A program made the position numbers and the translations under genes. From Vicugna vicugna (taxonomy: Eukaryota): a DNA stretch of 64,000 nucleotides. Each line of letters opens with the position of its first letter. Position 1 is the stretch's first letter. The stretch is from the NCBI GenBank assembly GCA_013265495.1, contig MU057991.1:62001-126000 (forward strand), in the 5' to 3' direction. The notes beneath the pieces were generated by a model, which made no database searches, had not been told where the DNA came from, and was given only the letters and a program-made list of their open reading frames with translations. Below, one piece after another: positions 13,091-26,100 of the stretch.

Positions 13091-13592
13091 GCAATTATTG
13101 GCAGAGGAATCTGGGAAGACGGTGGCATAGGAAGTTCAAGGCTTCTTCCCCCTCACCTCGACAAAAATGGCACCGGCAGAATTTGTCTGATGTAACTGTT
13201 TTGGGACTTGGAGTCTGTTCAAGACGTGCAACTTCCAGGGTAAGGTCTGGAGGGCAGACTGCACTTAACTTTGGTCAGTGTCAGCTCATGGCACAGTAAC
13301 ACCCCTCCCTCACCCCAGGCCACAAAGGTTTTTCAGTTTTACAAGGTGAAGGAAGTTACGGGGATGCATCACGGTGATGGGTTGCACAGGGAGGTAAATG
13401 CGTTTAATTCCACTAAGTTGCATACTTAAAAATGGCTAGGGTGTTTATTTTTTACTTTTATGTTATATATATTTGCAATAACAAGAATGTAAAAAAAAAA
13501 GGCAACAAATATCTCAGTAAATGCTGAAGAAGCTGTCGATGAAATTTTATATGTACATTCCTTACCACAACTCTTTCAAAACTAGTAAGGTG

Positions 13593-13764
13593 GAGGGGTA
13601 TAACTCAAGTGGCAGAGTGCACGCTTAGCATGCACAAAGTCCTGGGTTCAATCCCCAGTACCTCCTCCAAAATTAAATAAACCTAATTACCCCCCCACCA
13701 AAAAATAAATAAAATAAAATAAAATAAAAATTTTAAAAATAGTGGAAAAAATTTTTAAAAAAAC
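13593..13764 (+). mobile_element. tRNA-derived SINE (Vic-1-like, camelid)
   Basis: Head with A box TAACTCAAGTGG and B box GGTTCAATCCC, AAATAAACCTAATTACCCCC body and A-rich tail. Perfect 14-bp TSD AAACTAGTAAGGTG at 13579-13592 and 13765-13778. Confidence 0.9.
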
Positions 13765-13914
13765 AAACTAGTAAGGTGCTATGAGCTAGTAATGTAACTA
13801 GCAATGTAGGTCTTTTTCTTGATATATATAAGGCTTACACTGTATGTTCCTTGAACATCTTTGAAGGCAAGGACCAAGTCCTCAATGATATACACCTTAG
13901 TGATACCTCAATGA

Positions 13915-14835
13915 TAAATCAATAATGAACTATGAGAAAGAGAAGTTAAACAACCTCATTTCCGATTGTCTCAAAAAGAATAAAATGCCTAGGAATAAAT
14001 TTAACCAAGGAAGTGGAAGACATATACAACAAACTGTAAGACACTGATGAAAGAAATCGAAGAAGACACAAATAAGGACAAAGGTATTCCATGTTCATGT
14101 TTTGGGAGAATTAATGTTATTAAGGCGTCCGCACTGCCCAAAGCAATCTGCACATTCAGTGCAGTCCCTGTCAAAATTCCAGTGGCCGTTTTCACAGAAC
14201 TGGAACCAGTTCTAAAAGATCCCAGATCGCCAAAACAATCTTCAGAAAGAAGAACCAAGCTGCAGGTAATGTGTTCCCTGATTTCAAGCCATACTGCATA
14301 TCTATAATAATCAAAACGTTCACAGCAGCACTATTTACAACAGCCAAGACATGGAAACAGCCTAAATGTCCATCAACAGATGGCTGGATGAAGAAGAAGC
14401 TGTGGTATATTTATACGATGGAATACTACGCAGCCATGAAAAAGAATGAAATTTTTCTATTTGTAACAATATGGATGGACTTGGAGGGTATTATGCTAAG
14501 CGAAATAGCCAGACAGAGAAAGACAAATGCTTTCTGTCATCACTTGTGTGGGGAATCTGAAAAATAAAACGAATGAATATAACAAAGCAGAAATAGACTC
14601 ACACATAGAGAACAAACTAATGGTTAGTTGGTGGGGAGAGGGAGGAGGGAGGGTTAAGACAGGGGTCAGGGATGAAGAGACACAACCACTATGTGTAAAA
14701 TAAACGCGCCACCAGGAGGAAACATAGCCATTATTCTGTAATAACTTTAAATGGATTGTAACCCATAAAATTTTGAATCAGCATTGTACACCTGAAACTA
14801 ATATCGTTAATCGACTATACTTCCATTTTAAAATC
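13915..14835 (+). mobile_element. L1 3' fragment (ORF2 pieces and 3' UTR) with an internal deletion
   Basis: ORFs KEIEEDTNK...IPCSCFGRINVIK and FTAALFTTAKTWKQPKCPSTDGW...MEYYAAMKKNE...WMDLEGIMLSEI. Confidence 0.9.
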
Positions 14836-16396
14836 TCTAAATTAAATTAGAATTTAAAAATACATATGCCCCCAACCTGCGCCCTTTAGAGCCACCACCT
14901 GTCGCCTCTCTGGTCTTCAGCCCTTCCCCCCGAGTGGCTGCTGTCCCGGCAGCTGGGCGTCTGTGCGGGCTTGGCGGGCACAGCCCTGATGTCCTCAAGC
15001 CACCGAGGCCCCACGTCTTATCCGATGTGGCTCTTGTCCTGACCGCTCCTCCGCCTTGCGGGCTGCCAGCCCCTCCCCCTCCCCGAACTGGCCCTCTCCC
15101 TCTGGGATGTGCCGCGGCTCCTGCCTCAGTGGTCCCCGCTTCCCCCCAGCCTCCTTTCCTTCTCCTCCCCCTCCGTGCTTTGCGTTTCTCCTGCCCTGAG
15201 TGTGGGTCTCAGCTGCAGCCCTCCCCCCGGCCACCCCCTGTCCCCACACGCCCTTCCAGGGCCGGGTTGCTGCCACTTGCACACCGAAGGCTCCAGAGCT
15301 GCGCGGGCTGCCGCGGGCCCTGCCCTTCCGCCCATCCCCTCTCATGCTTGCTGGGCACCCTTAGTAAGACCAGAAGCCGGCTCTTCCCTCCGTGCGCCTC
15401 TTCTCGCTGGGCCCCTGTCCTTCGGTGACACCGGGATCTCTTCCCCGTCCCCCCCATTTCCTCGCTCATATTCCAAGGCTTCCATTGTGTCTCCCCTGGA
15501 CCCTTACAGTAGCCTCTTGTGTTAATCTTGAACTTCTTATTTATATGAAATAGAACGGGATCCAGAGATACATCAAGTGTCACCTCCGCCCTTGAGAAGC
15601 TCCTGGCCGTGGCGGCCATAGGCCCGCAGACACACATGTCACACACACACACACACACACAGAGTTGGGGCTAGTCTTGGGGCAGGGTGACCACACTGTT
15701 TCCTCTCGTCACCGGCTGGCCTGCGGCAGGGGTCGGCCCGCATCCTGCAGCCTCTCCCCGGGACAAGAGCATCTTCCTTCTGCAGCGTCCAGGGCAGGCA
15801 GGCAGTCCCCGGGCGCGTCAACCCGCCCGGCCCGCTGGCATCGGGCCCCGTAGGCTGTCTCCCTGCCTGGGAACGGGGCTCACCTGGAGGACAGGTAATC
15901 TGCCCTGAGCACCTGCCATACCAGCAGGTGGGGATGGAGATCCTGCTTCAGCACACTGTTCTCAGAAGGCTCGTGGAGGTTCCGGGGATGATTGCGGCTG
16001 AGAGGCAGAAACCCAGGGTCTTCTTAACTGGCTGACCTTCCCGTGCCCCGGGTTTCTTGGCTGCAAGTTCTGCGCAGCCCTCTGCTGGTGCACCTCCCCA
16101 GGTCTCGGCCAAGATGCCCTGGTGTGTCCCTCGGCTGCGGGCTGACCCCCGCCACCCCTGATCCTGGTGAAGCCCCGTCACCAGGCACCGTCGTGCTGCC
16201 CAGCCGTCTGCACCCCTTCGCCCGCGGCCTGCGCCCAGGTGCCCGCCGTGGCTGGGGGCCTCGGCCCCGGACACACGTCAGCCGAGGGCGCGCCCGGGGC
16301 GGTGGTCCCCCCGGCCGCCCGCTGGCGGTGACGGGCGGTGATGGGCGGTGGGACTTTGCCGCTGCGCTCACGTCTGTCTGCTTGCCTGTCTTTCAG

Positions 16397-16587
16397 GAGC
16401 CCAGCAGCTGGGGCTGCCCTATTACACCGACCCCGGAGGACCAGGCGTGAATCCTGCGGGCAACCCCGCGGCGATGGCGTTCCAGGTCCAGCCCAGCTCG
16501 CCCCAGGGAAGCTCGGCCTACCCGCCGCCCCCCTCCTACTGCAACACGCCCCCGCCCCCGTATGAGCAGGTGGTGAAGGACAAGTAG
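16397..16587 (+). CDS. VOPP1: VOPP1 last coding exon, Pro-rich cytoplasmic tail with PY motifs
   Basis: Acceptor tttcAG at 16395-16396. Translates (G)AQQLGLPYYTDPGGPGVNPAGNPAAMAFQVQPSSPQGSSAYPPPPSYCNTPPPPYEQVVKDK* with TAG at 16585-16587, matching the VOPP1 C-terminus. Confidence 0.95.
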
Positions 16588-18748
16588 GGGGGCCTCCTGG
16601 CGCCTGCCTGTGCGCTGGGCCCGGGAGGCAGGGAGGGCTGTTGTCCCCCGCTCCCCATCCGCGCTCACTCCCAGGAACGGCCTTGTGAGCCACTGAGGGC
16701 GACTTCTCTGCTATCTTCAAAGCACGCCCAGCCTCCCCTCAAGTTTTCCTCGGAGGACCAGCATCCGAATCCACCCACCCCCGTCTCCTCTGTTGCTCCT
16801 GTTCCCGACGTGATCTGTGCTCCGGCCGCGCGGACGGTCCCGAGGGGTGACACCCTGGGGTGGCCTGCCCAGATCCTCAGGAGAGATACCAGGCCGGAGG
16901 CCCGGTGGGACACGTGCGGCTGAGTGATGCTGGGGGGGGGGGCGCCCAGCCCGGGGCTTCCTCCCACCCCGGGAGTCCCTGCGCCCGGCAGGCTGCTCGC
17001 TGAAGTCACCCCCCACCCCAAGTCACCGTCCCAGCCCCTTGTCCCATCAGCCTTCCTCTTCAAAAAGCTGTTAGAGATGCAGTGGGTGGAGAAGCGGCCT
17101 CTCAGCACCTTTCCATCCCCTCTCACTTGCTAAAGCCGAGGGAGGCCGCCCTGTGCACACCCAGCCCTGGGGAGCATCGCGTCTGCTGTCCCCGCGGGGA
17201 GCTGAGCAAGAGGAATCAGGCCCAGCGGGATGTCTGTAGTTACTTGAAAATCACTAAGGAAAGTTATTTAAATTCATGGGAAATTGCCCCCGGCCTCAAA
17301 CCGGGTTGTTGCATTTTATGAGTTCTTGGTCTGACCTGGGGAGGGAAAAAATGTGCCCCACCCCGCCCCCGCCCCACTGTGAGTGGGTCCTTTTAGGTCA
17401 GGCTCACGGGTGCCAGCCTGCAGCGCTCCGGTCTGTGATGGTGACCAGATGTCTGTGCCCTGACATCAGGCAGCTCCGATGGTGGGTCTTGCTGGACACT
17501 TTCCAAGCAGGCACATCCGGCTGGGAGCCACACTGGCCCTTGGACAGAGGCGGCGTAGGAGCCTGGGTGTCTGACCTCAGCAGGTGTGCGCTGGGCTCTG
17601 AACAGGAGGAGTTTGCTAAGGAAAAGAACGCAAAACCCCAGGGCTGCAGAGACGGAGCTCTTCAAAAAGAACAGAATAGATCTCACTGGTGGGCTGATCA
17701 AAATGAGCACCAAGATGTGGTTGGAGCCGCCAGCCCCGGCCCGGGAGCCCCCTCACCCTGGGATCACAGGTCGTCAGTGGGCCGGGGTCCTGCCCCCCTG
17801 CATAGGTAGTAATGCCCGTGACCGTGGCTCTAAACCCAGATTGAGACCTGCCCAGTCAGGTATAGGGGATCAAAGGGCACAGCCAAGACAGGAAGGTCCC
17901 TGTGTGTGTGGTGGGGAGATGGAGGGGTGCAGCGGGGGGGCGCTTTTTGAAATGAACTAATCAGAGCCTCTTGAGAAGTTGTCAGTCACTGAACTTGAGC
18001 TGGAGTGGGCCCTGCCTTCGTTCCCACGGCCCCCGGCTTGGTGTCCCTGGTCTATGGGGGACGAGTGAGGAGTCAGGATGGGGCCACCGAGACTTCCCTT
18101 TCCTGAGGATGGAGAGTCCAGGAGCCTCCCAGGGGCCCCGGAGAGCTGCCGCCGGTGTCTCTGACCACCCGCATGTGACCTCTGAGCTCCTGCCCCCACA
18201 CTCCAGTCCTTGATGGGACAAGATCACAAAGCACAACACTGGCTGTTTACAGCCAAGAGCAGCCCCGTGGCTCCCTGAGTTCCCTCCTGTAGGGCGTCCG
18301 TTTTGCATTTTCAACATCACCTTCTCCCTTTTACTGTCTTGATAACGAAGCACACGCAGAACTGCCCCCTGGATTGGATCTTTGCGGCTGGACAGACGCC
18401 CACATGCCCGGGACTAAATTCTGTTTATCTTTTTGATAGCACATGCTTTTAAGAGACTGGATGGTGCCGGTGGCACTCACCACTTTTATATTCATGTTTG
18501 TGTGAGAGAAGTTCTGTGTCCCCTTGACCCTGGCTGAGAACGGTGGGCACCTGTGTGTGGAGAGTCCACTTGCGGCGACATCGCCTGCCCACGGGTCCCT
18601 CCGCGCTGCGGGGGGGGGGCTGTGCCCACGGCTGGGAGCAGATCTGTGCATGTTTCTCCTCTGCAACTTGGCTCATTACTCTTTTCTGTTCTTTTGATAG
18701 GGTCCTGTTTCCTATGTATGCAGAATAAAAACAAATTTGGCCACGTGC
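16588..18748 (+). other. VOPP1: VOPP1 3' UTR (about 2.15 kb, end approximate)
   Basis: Runs from the stop codon to the AATAAA at 18724. No obvious transposon content seen. Confidence 0.7.
18724..18729 (+). terminator. VOPP1 polyadenylation signal
   Basis: AATAAA with upstream TGTA and U-rich sequence and a downstream GT/T-rich tract (ctgactgttttgct). Confidence 0.75.
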
Positions 18749-21079
18749 TCTGACTGTTTTGCTGGGGAGGGGGAGGAGGGGAGAGAGGGAGTTGCAGATA
18801 AGGGAGTGGACCCTGAGTTCAGCGGGGTGGGTGATGCGCCCAATCTCAGGAGAACTGGAAATTAGATGCTTTCAAAGAATATAGGGAACTTTTGGTTCGC
18901 CAACACATTTCTTTAAATGTGGCTAAGGGAAAAATTATCCAGGGTCAGTAGGAAGATACAGGCATGAATTACGCAAACTCAGAAACTCGCTGACGTTGGT
19001 TGACCGGATGTGCCTTCCACAGGGAGGTGATTAAAAATCCAACTGTTTGGTCAGAAACGATCTCTCTCACGGATCCTTTGCTGCTACAATTGGGCTGTTT
19101 TAGATGAACCACTAATTGAGATGTTTATAAAGAAGTGTTTTATAATTTGCTGACTTAAAACGGGACGGGAAATCAAGCCAGAGGAGGCCAGGCGGCCCCT
19201 GGTGCCAGTTCGCACACCTGCCCTGGACGCGGCTCCCGGTCCTCGGCCTCCCCCGGTGAAACGGGGGCAGGTCGTTTCCAAATCAGAGCTCAAGACTTGA
19301 GATGGCAAAGGCGGTGCTCACTTCATCTGTCCCTCCCGAGTTTCCCTGAACTCCAAAAAGTCCGTAATGGCTCTCAAAAAAAAAAAAAAAAAAGTGCAAA
19401 AGAGAAAAGTGTGAGTAATTTCCAAACTAGAAGACAGCAGGTGGTGGTGACTGATGGAGCTGGAAATGTGTGTGGGGGGGGTGGGGAGACCCCAGGGCCC
19501 AGCAGGTGAGCGAGCAGCAGTGGCCGTGGGCAGGAGGCTGGGTGGCAGGGTGGCCGGCTGATGGCTGTTCTGGACGACGCGGAGGGGGGGCGGGCTCCAT
19601 CCTGCTCCCATGTCAGCGGGGCGGTGGGCGGTGGGAGTCCGTGCCCCCGAGCCCACCTTTTCACAAAGCGGGTGCTCTGCGTGGTGAGGTGCTGGGAGGT
19701 GGGCTGTTGGCATCAGCATTCAATTTAAAAGCCGGGCCAGCGTTTTTTAGTGTATCAGCCAGCTAAGGCCTGCATAGCCTGAGCTGCCACAGCCCCCGGA
19801 GCTGGGCCAAGATTGCAGGGAGTTTCCAGAAACTCAGGGTCTGGGCGACACCACAACCCAGCCACCAGCGCCAGCCGTCCCTTCCTCCCAAGCTTTCTCT
19901 GACACCAAAGGAAGGAGGCTCAGCCCAGCTTCCTTCCGACCAGCCTTTCGCCCCCATCACCCCAGCTTCTCCCAGCTGAAATAATCCTTAATAGTCTGAG
20001 CTCCCAACTTCCAATGTTCTTTGAGTGCCGAGGAGGAGAGCACAAAGCAGATGTGAGGGCAGCCCCTGCAAATGTCACTGTCCCTTGTGACACCAGGGTG
20101 AGCCCTGGGCTCTGGGTCTGCTGTTCGCTGGCTCTGCGTCATCAGGCACGTTATGGACACTCAGCAGCGTTGGAAACCCTGTTCTCCCTCATTCCACGTT
20201 CCCCGGAGCAAGAGAGACTGAAGCCAAGTGGGAGAGAGACTCCCGCCCGATGCTTTGTCCATCAGGGGATGCATCTTCCGTGCGTTCACCATCTCAGGCC
20301 ATGAGCGTGTGAAGACGGAAGCCAAGGGGGTCCCGTGCACCCCAACGTCACCATACTGGCTTGAAATGTTGGCGGGTGCTGCTCAGCAGAGGGCACTGAG
20401 CCAATCAGAGCTCAGAAGGAGGACCCTCGCCACCATCTGTCTCCCCACCCTTTATTTATGAAGGACGGACGAGATCTGAGTGCCCCAGAACCAGCCACGA
20501 ATGACAAGCAATATTTTTTTGTGTGTCATCACATCACTTGTCTGTCCCCCTGACCACAGCTGTATCTTGAGATGCTCCTGCCTCAGACGGGCTGTGCCTG
20601 AAGCCTTCCTAAAAACGGCGTGGTGGGTGCAGGGATGATTTTCGACACAGCCCCCCTCCCCGCAACACCCAAGAAGGAGCTGGAGGGTTCCGGCTGGGTC
20701 CTGGCGCATCGCCCCACTAGGAGATTAGCGCTCGGACTCCAGCCATGAAGGTCCGGCTCTGCTTCTGGGAGGCAGGACTCCTGTTCCTGTGATGATGGGA
20801 GGACGAGGAGGGTCCCGCGGCTTCCTTGCAGCCAAAGCAGGAATGCAGGAGGGCTGCTCGGCAGTCCTGAGGTCCTGAAGCCCCTGGGTCGTGGCTGCAG
20901 CAGACCCAGTCCATTAATCATTGCACAGATGGAACAGGAGACTTGACACCCAGCGCGCACCTCCGACAGGTGCCTGGCTCAGCCCTTACCATCACGATCC
21001 CTCGTGTTTTTGAGGAAGAAAGGAATTTTTCATCTTGCTTTGCAGTTTACAAGGAGAAATGCTTTTAGGTGTACCTTCT

Positions 21080-21365
21080 AGACCAAGACTATCCATTAAA
21101 AACATAATGTGAACAAAGTATATTAAATGGAACTTAGTTACATTTTTGCAACGGTGAAATTTATTTTAATGATATTTAACCCAATCTATCAAAATGTTAT
21201 TTCAACTTGTAGCAATATACGGTGTATCAAGAAATGTGACGTCCTTTTTTCCACAGTCTTCCAAATCCAGCGTGGGTTTCACGTTCACGGGCAGGGGCGC
21301 CACCTGGAGCAGCTGCATCTCAAGGGCGCGGTCAGTCCACGGCCAGCGGCCACTTCACTGGACAG
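21080..21365. mobile_element. hAT-Charlie (MER3/MER33-like) DNA transposon relic
   Basis: Motifs ggtgaaatttattttaatgatatttaacccaatctatcaaaatgttatttcaacttgtagcaatat...cacttcactggacag. Confidence 0.55.
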
Positions 21366-23847
21366 GGTGGGACGAGACGAGAGCCTGAGAAAATCCTCGG
21401 CCCTTATGTTCTGGCTGGTTGCTCGCAAGACCCAGTGAGGTTAGAAGGAAGTTAACTATAAAAAGGTTGAAGGTCAAGTTCAACCTCACCCGTGACACAA
21501 GTCTGCAACTTTTAGGGAACCTAAATCAAACACCTGGTACCGCAGATTCTGTAACAAAACTTGGGTCTTAAAGTAACAAGCCACGTCTCGGGAGGCGGCA
21601 CAGGGGACAGTGGGAGGGTGACAGCATCCCCTGAGGGCAGAGTCGGGCGGGTGGGAGGGCCCTCTGCTCTCCTCCGCTCTTCTCTGCGCTCCCCTGGGGA
21701 GATGCCAAGCCCGGGCCCCTCCTTCCAGATGGCCTGGCCTCTCCCAGAGATGAGGGGGAGCCGGGAGGGTCTGTGCGTCTGGTCCTCAAGCACCAAAAGG
21801 CCCCGGTGCCGGGAAAGTGTGGGTCAGTTCTGGGGAGCCCTGGGGAGGTAGGTGCGCACCTTGCTCGGGTCCACGGGGGTCCCGCAGCGCCAGGATGGCG
21901 CTCTGTGCGCGCTGACCTTGGACGCCAGCTCCCCCTTCCCACCTTCTGCTCCCGCTCTCGCCATCCTCCGCTCCCCGCAGCCCTGGGTTGGGGTGAAGGC
22001 CCGGCTGTGCGCTCGCCCGGGGGCCGGATGGGCACGGAGGGGACCGCGCGCACACGTCGGTGGCCGTGCCGGACGCCCCGCCTCGGTGGCGCACGCGGGG
22101 TCCTGGAGAGACGCGACCCCCGAGTTGCTTCCACGACTGGGGTCACAAAGCTCCTATTTCCCCATCGAGAAAGTGGGGCCACGGAGGTGCCCAGGGGTGT
22201 GATGCGGGCTGGACAATGACGCACAGGCCAGCCCCACGCTGAGACCTGGCACCCGGGACGTGGCTTCTGGTCCCAGATCACCGGCTAGATGTGGGACCAG
22301 GACCCCAGGACCCGAGATGGGGGCCGGAGCCCCGGCCCCAACGCCAGCCCCGACTTACCAGGCCCCCTACCTTCGCAAAGAGGGTGGGGCGGCCCGAGGG
22401 CAACTCCCAGAGGGGACCCTGCGTCCCCCTTCTCAGCAAAGTCCCTGCAGGTGTTCTCAACTCAAAATCAAACCCATGCCTTTATTTTTAATGTAACTGC
22501 GAAAGTAATACTCTCATTGCAGAACATGCACAGTGTACAGGATGGAAAGCACAAAGCAAAAGGCAAAAAAAATGGCCCGCGACCCCAGTGCCCCAAGAGT
22601 GCAGGTGGACGTGTTTCTGTCGCTTCCTCGGTCCCTTGCTCTGACGCCACCCACCGCGGGATCTTTCGTAGCCCTGTTTTTCTCTAGCATTTTTCCTGGC
22701 ATTTAAATATTCTCCGGCCCCTTCCCTGCAAAGGTTAAACAGTATCTCGGCATAAGGCTGCTCTGCAGTTGATCAAATGTGGGGATCGTTCCATTTTTTC
22801 AGTTTGAAATAACAAAGCAGTCCACACACAGAATAAGGAGTGTTAACTTTTGCATAAGGTGGGTGGGCGGGGTGGGACCGTGCGGGCAGTGGAGGGGGCG
22901 CCGCGGGGGACCGGTGTCGCCCTGCAACTCCTGCAAAGCCCTTGATGCGCTCCCTCCCTGGCACCCGGAGGCCAGTGGAGGACCCCCTGGGCTGTGGAAG
23001 ATGGAGACGAGCTCTGGACGACGGCCCGGGGCTCAGAGCGCCTGCAAACTGCAGGATGGTGGCTCCAGTAAAAAAATCAACCTTTACTGTGGTGTCTCAC
23101 AGTGTGTTGGCATCCCTGTGGGTGATGCAGACCAAATAAAATAGTAAGATGGACACACATCCACTCTTAGGACACCGAACTGGGACCCCTGTGAAACTGC
23201 CTCGTGGCACCTCCCACCATCACCTATTTTGTATTTACAATCCCCCCTGCTTTTCCATATAATTTTACTTTGACTTTTAACTTCATGCTATTAATGCATT
23301 TCTCCAACTTGCTCTTTCTGCAAAAGTTGTTGCTAATTTTTGCCTGTTAGGAGTAACGCTGTGCTGAGCACGCATATGACCGTTTTTTTTTTAATGTTCA
23401 TTCACGTTTATTTTCTCAGAATAAAATCTTAGATTTAAATTGCTGAGTCAAAGCATTTTTATGTACTATTTTTTTAAAAGCTTTGGACACATATTTCCAT
23501 GAGGAAGATTATACTGGCGTGTGCCACCAGCCTTTGCCGACACTGCATGTGATCATCAGTCCATGTGTAACCGCCAACTTGAAGAGGAAGGGGAAGCCCA
23601 TTTTTGTTCGATTTGCATCATTTATTACATGAATGTCTCACCATCTGTGGGAAACACCTTCCTGAAGGGTGTGTGGTTGGCAGGACCAGAGCTGGCAAGA
23701 CCAGGCTCTCAGAAAAGAGATGGTTGGGGGGGAATATGAAATATAGCATTAAATATCTATTTATGAAATAGATATGAAACATAGCAGTGTATACAGCATT
23801 AAGTATATAGATATATGAAATATAGCATTAAATTGTATTATACTTAC

Positions 23848-24425
23848 ATCCAGAACTCTAATTCAAGAAGACACCTGCACCCCAGTGTTCACAGCAGCAC
23901 TATTTACAATAGTCAAGACATGGAAACAGCCTAAATGTCCACCGACAGATGACTGGATAAAGAAGATGTGGTATATGTATACAATGGACTACTACTCAGC
24001 CATGAAAAAGGATAAAACAATGCCATTTGTAGAAACATGAATATCCCTGGAGAATGTCATTCTAAGTGAAGTAAGCCAGAAAGAAAAAGAAAAGTACCCT
24101 ATGAGATCGCTCATATGTGGAATCTCAAAATAAAAGAAGATAAATGAACTTATATATAAAACAGAAACAGACTCACAGACATAGAATACAGACTTGTGGT
24201 TGCTGGGGGGAGGGAGGTGGGAAGGGATAAACTGGGAGTTCGAAATTTGCAGATACTGACTGGTATATATAAAATAGATAAACAAGTTTATACTGTAGGG
24301 CACAGGGAACTATATTCAATATCTTGTAGTAGCTCATGGTGAAAAAGAATATGAAAATGAATATATGTATGTTCATGTAGGACCGAAGCATTGACACAAC
24401 ATTGTAAACTGACCATTACTCAATT
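23848..24425 (+). mobile_element. 5'-truncated young L1 3' end
   Basis: aagacacctgcaccccagtgttcacagcagcactatttacaatag...aagacatggaaacagcctaaatgtcc. The 3' UTR closely resembles the copy at 47878-48649. Confidence 0.9.
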
Positions 24426-24829
24426 TTTACGATGTATTATAATAAATGTTCTGTAAGCGGTCCCCTCCCCGGAGAGCTGTGGGCACAAGCAGGCAGCTCC
24501 TCCCCCGAACGTCCTTCTTCAGTTCATTACTCAGGTGGCAGTGTCACTGTCTGGGCCACCCTGCCCCTGCTCGCTGAGGACACACACATCCTACTCTTGC
24601 AGTGTTTGAACCAGCCCAGACCCAGGCAGCATCCGAGTCCCCTTCGCTCTCCTCAGTGAACGCGCCTCGCTAGTCACGTGCGCTGGAGCACAACGGCATC
24701 TCGGCTGCTTACTTCCTGGGTGACCCTGGGTGGGATATTTCACACTCTGAGCATCAGCTTCCTCGTCTGACCCATGAGATGGGAACACCTCCACTGCTGC
24801 TTGGTTTATCCGGCCCTCATCCCTTCCCT

Positions 24830-25200
24830 ATATCTTCTCCAGAAGCCAGGAGGGCTGCACCACATGTGCATTTCCCCAGTCTCTTTGCAACAGGGGTGCA
24901 GGCTTGGCCAATGACAGATACTATAGAAGTTACTCGGGCCTCTGGGAAAGACTTTTGTCATAAACCAGAGTTGCTGGCACTGCCACGTTCGGGTTCACCC
25001 TGCTTGGATCATTGATGTGATGTCTGGTGCTGCAGCAGCTACCCTGTGAGCATGATGGAAAAACCAAGGTGATCGCAGATAGATACCAGCTTTCACAGGG
25101 TTGAGCTGCTTAACTGGTGAACCAGTTCTAGGTTTCTTATTACCAGAAAAAAATTCATTCCTGTTAAGTAGAGATTTTCTGTAAGTAAGCTTCCTCATCG
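24830..25200 (+). mobile_element. Old MaLR (MLT1-like) LTR relic
   Basis: Motifs catttccccagtctctttgca...tggccaatga...gatgtctggtgctgcagcagctacc. Confidence 0.45.
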
Positions 25201-25823
25201 GGTGGTTGCGAGAAATATGTGAAGCCATTTTTTTAAGGACGAAATACAGTGCTTAACACTGACAACTACTCAATAGAAAGAATTGTGTGGTTATTAGTAG
25301 CAGTGTTGGTACCAACCGACTAGCATCAGTGACCTTGGGCAAGTCTTGAACCTCTGTGGGCCTCAGTTCCCTCAGATGTTTATAAAATAACATCAAAGTT
25401 CCCTCTCAGCTCTAAAATTCTTTTATTTTTATTTTCCCTAGAAATATTTTCCATCACAGGATGTGGGATCCCGGCGGCAGGACCAGAGAAGGATGTGTTG
25501 GGGTGGGTGGCGTGTGACACTGCCAGTTATGCGTGCAGTTTACAAGTCCCTCAGGGCCCCTGGGACTCCCAGCATCCTGGACGCTCTTCCCGGAGCGTGT
25601 GTGATGCAGTGTGGAGCCACAAACGTCACCGAAGGAGCAGTCATGCCAAAAATGTCCAACGTGGGTGTCATGGCATCGGGAGCAGTGTTATCCAGCCAAT
25701 TTTTATGATGAAGGGAACATCTGCACTGCCCAGTATGGTGGCCCCTGGCTACAGGTGGATACTGGGCACTTGAAATGAAGCTGGGAAGATCAAGAACTGC
25801 GTTTAAAAATTTAAGTCAATCTC

Positions 25824-26100
25824 AGGATGGAGGGCAGAGGTCAAGTGGTAGAGGGCATGCTTAGTGTGCACAAGGTCATGGGTTCAATCCCCAGTGCCTC
25901 CTCTAAAAAAATAAGTTAATAAACCTAATTGCCTCCTACCCCCCAAAAACAAATTTTAAAATAATACAATAATAAATAAAATATATATTTTTTAAGTTCA
26001 TGGGTTCAATCCCCAGTGCCTCCTCTAAAAAAAAGTTAATAAACCTAATTGCATCCTACCCCCCAAACAAAAAAAGAATTCAAAAATAATAATAAATAAA
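25824..26100 (+). mobile_element. Vic-1-like SINE with a tandemly duplicated 3' half, inserted in a MER3-like relic
   Basis: Head GTCAAGTGGTAGAG...GGGTTCAATCCCCAG. The block TCATGGGTTCAATCCCCAGTGCCTCCTCT...AAACCTAATTGC...tail occurs twice (~25877 and ~25997). TSD-like TTTAAGTYAATCTC on both flanks. Confidence 0.88.

Noticed and set aside
13593..13665. tRNA genes here and at the six similar loci
   Set aside because: The tRNA-like heads continue into a SINE body and A-rich tail with TSDs and are diverged from one another. They are SINEs.
23737..23835. Short repeated TGAAATATAGCATTAA motifs
   Set aside because: Low-complexity AT-rich slippage next to an L1 5' junction, with no sign of function.
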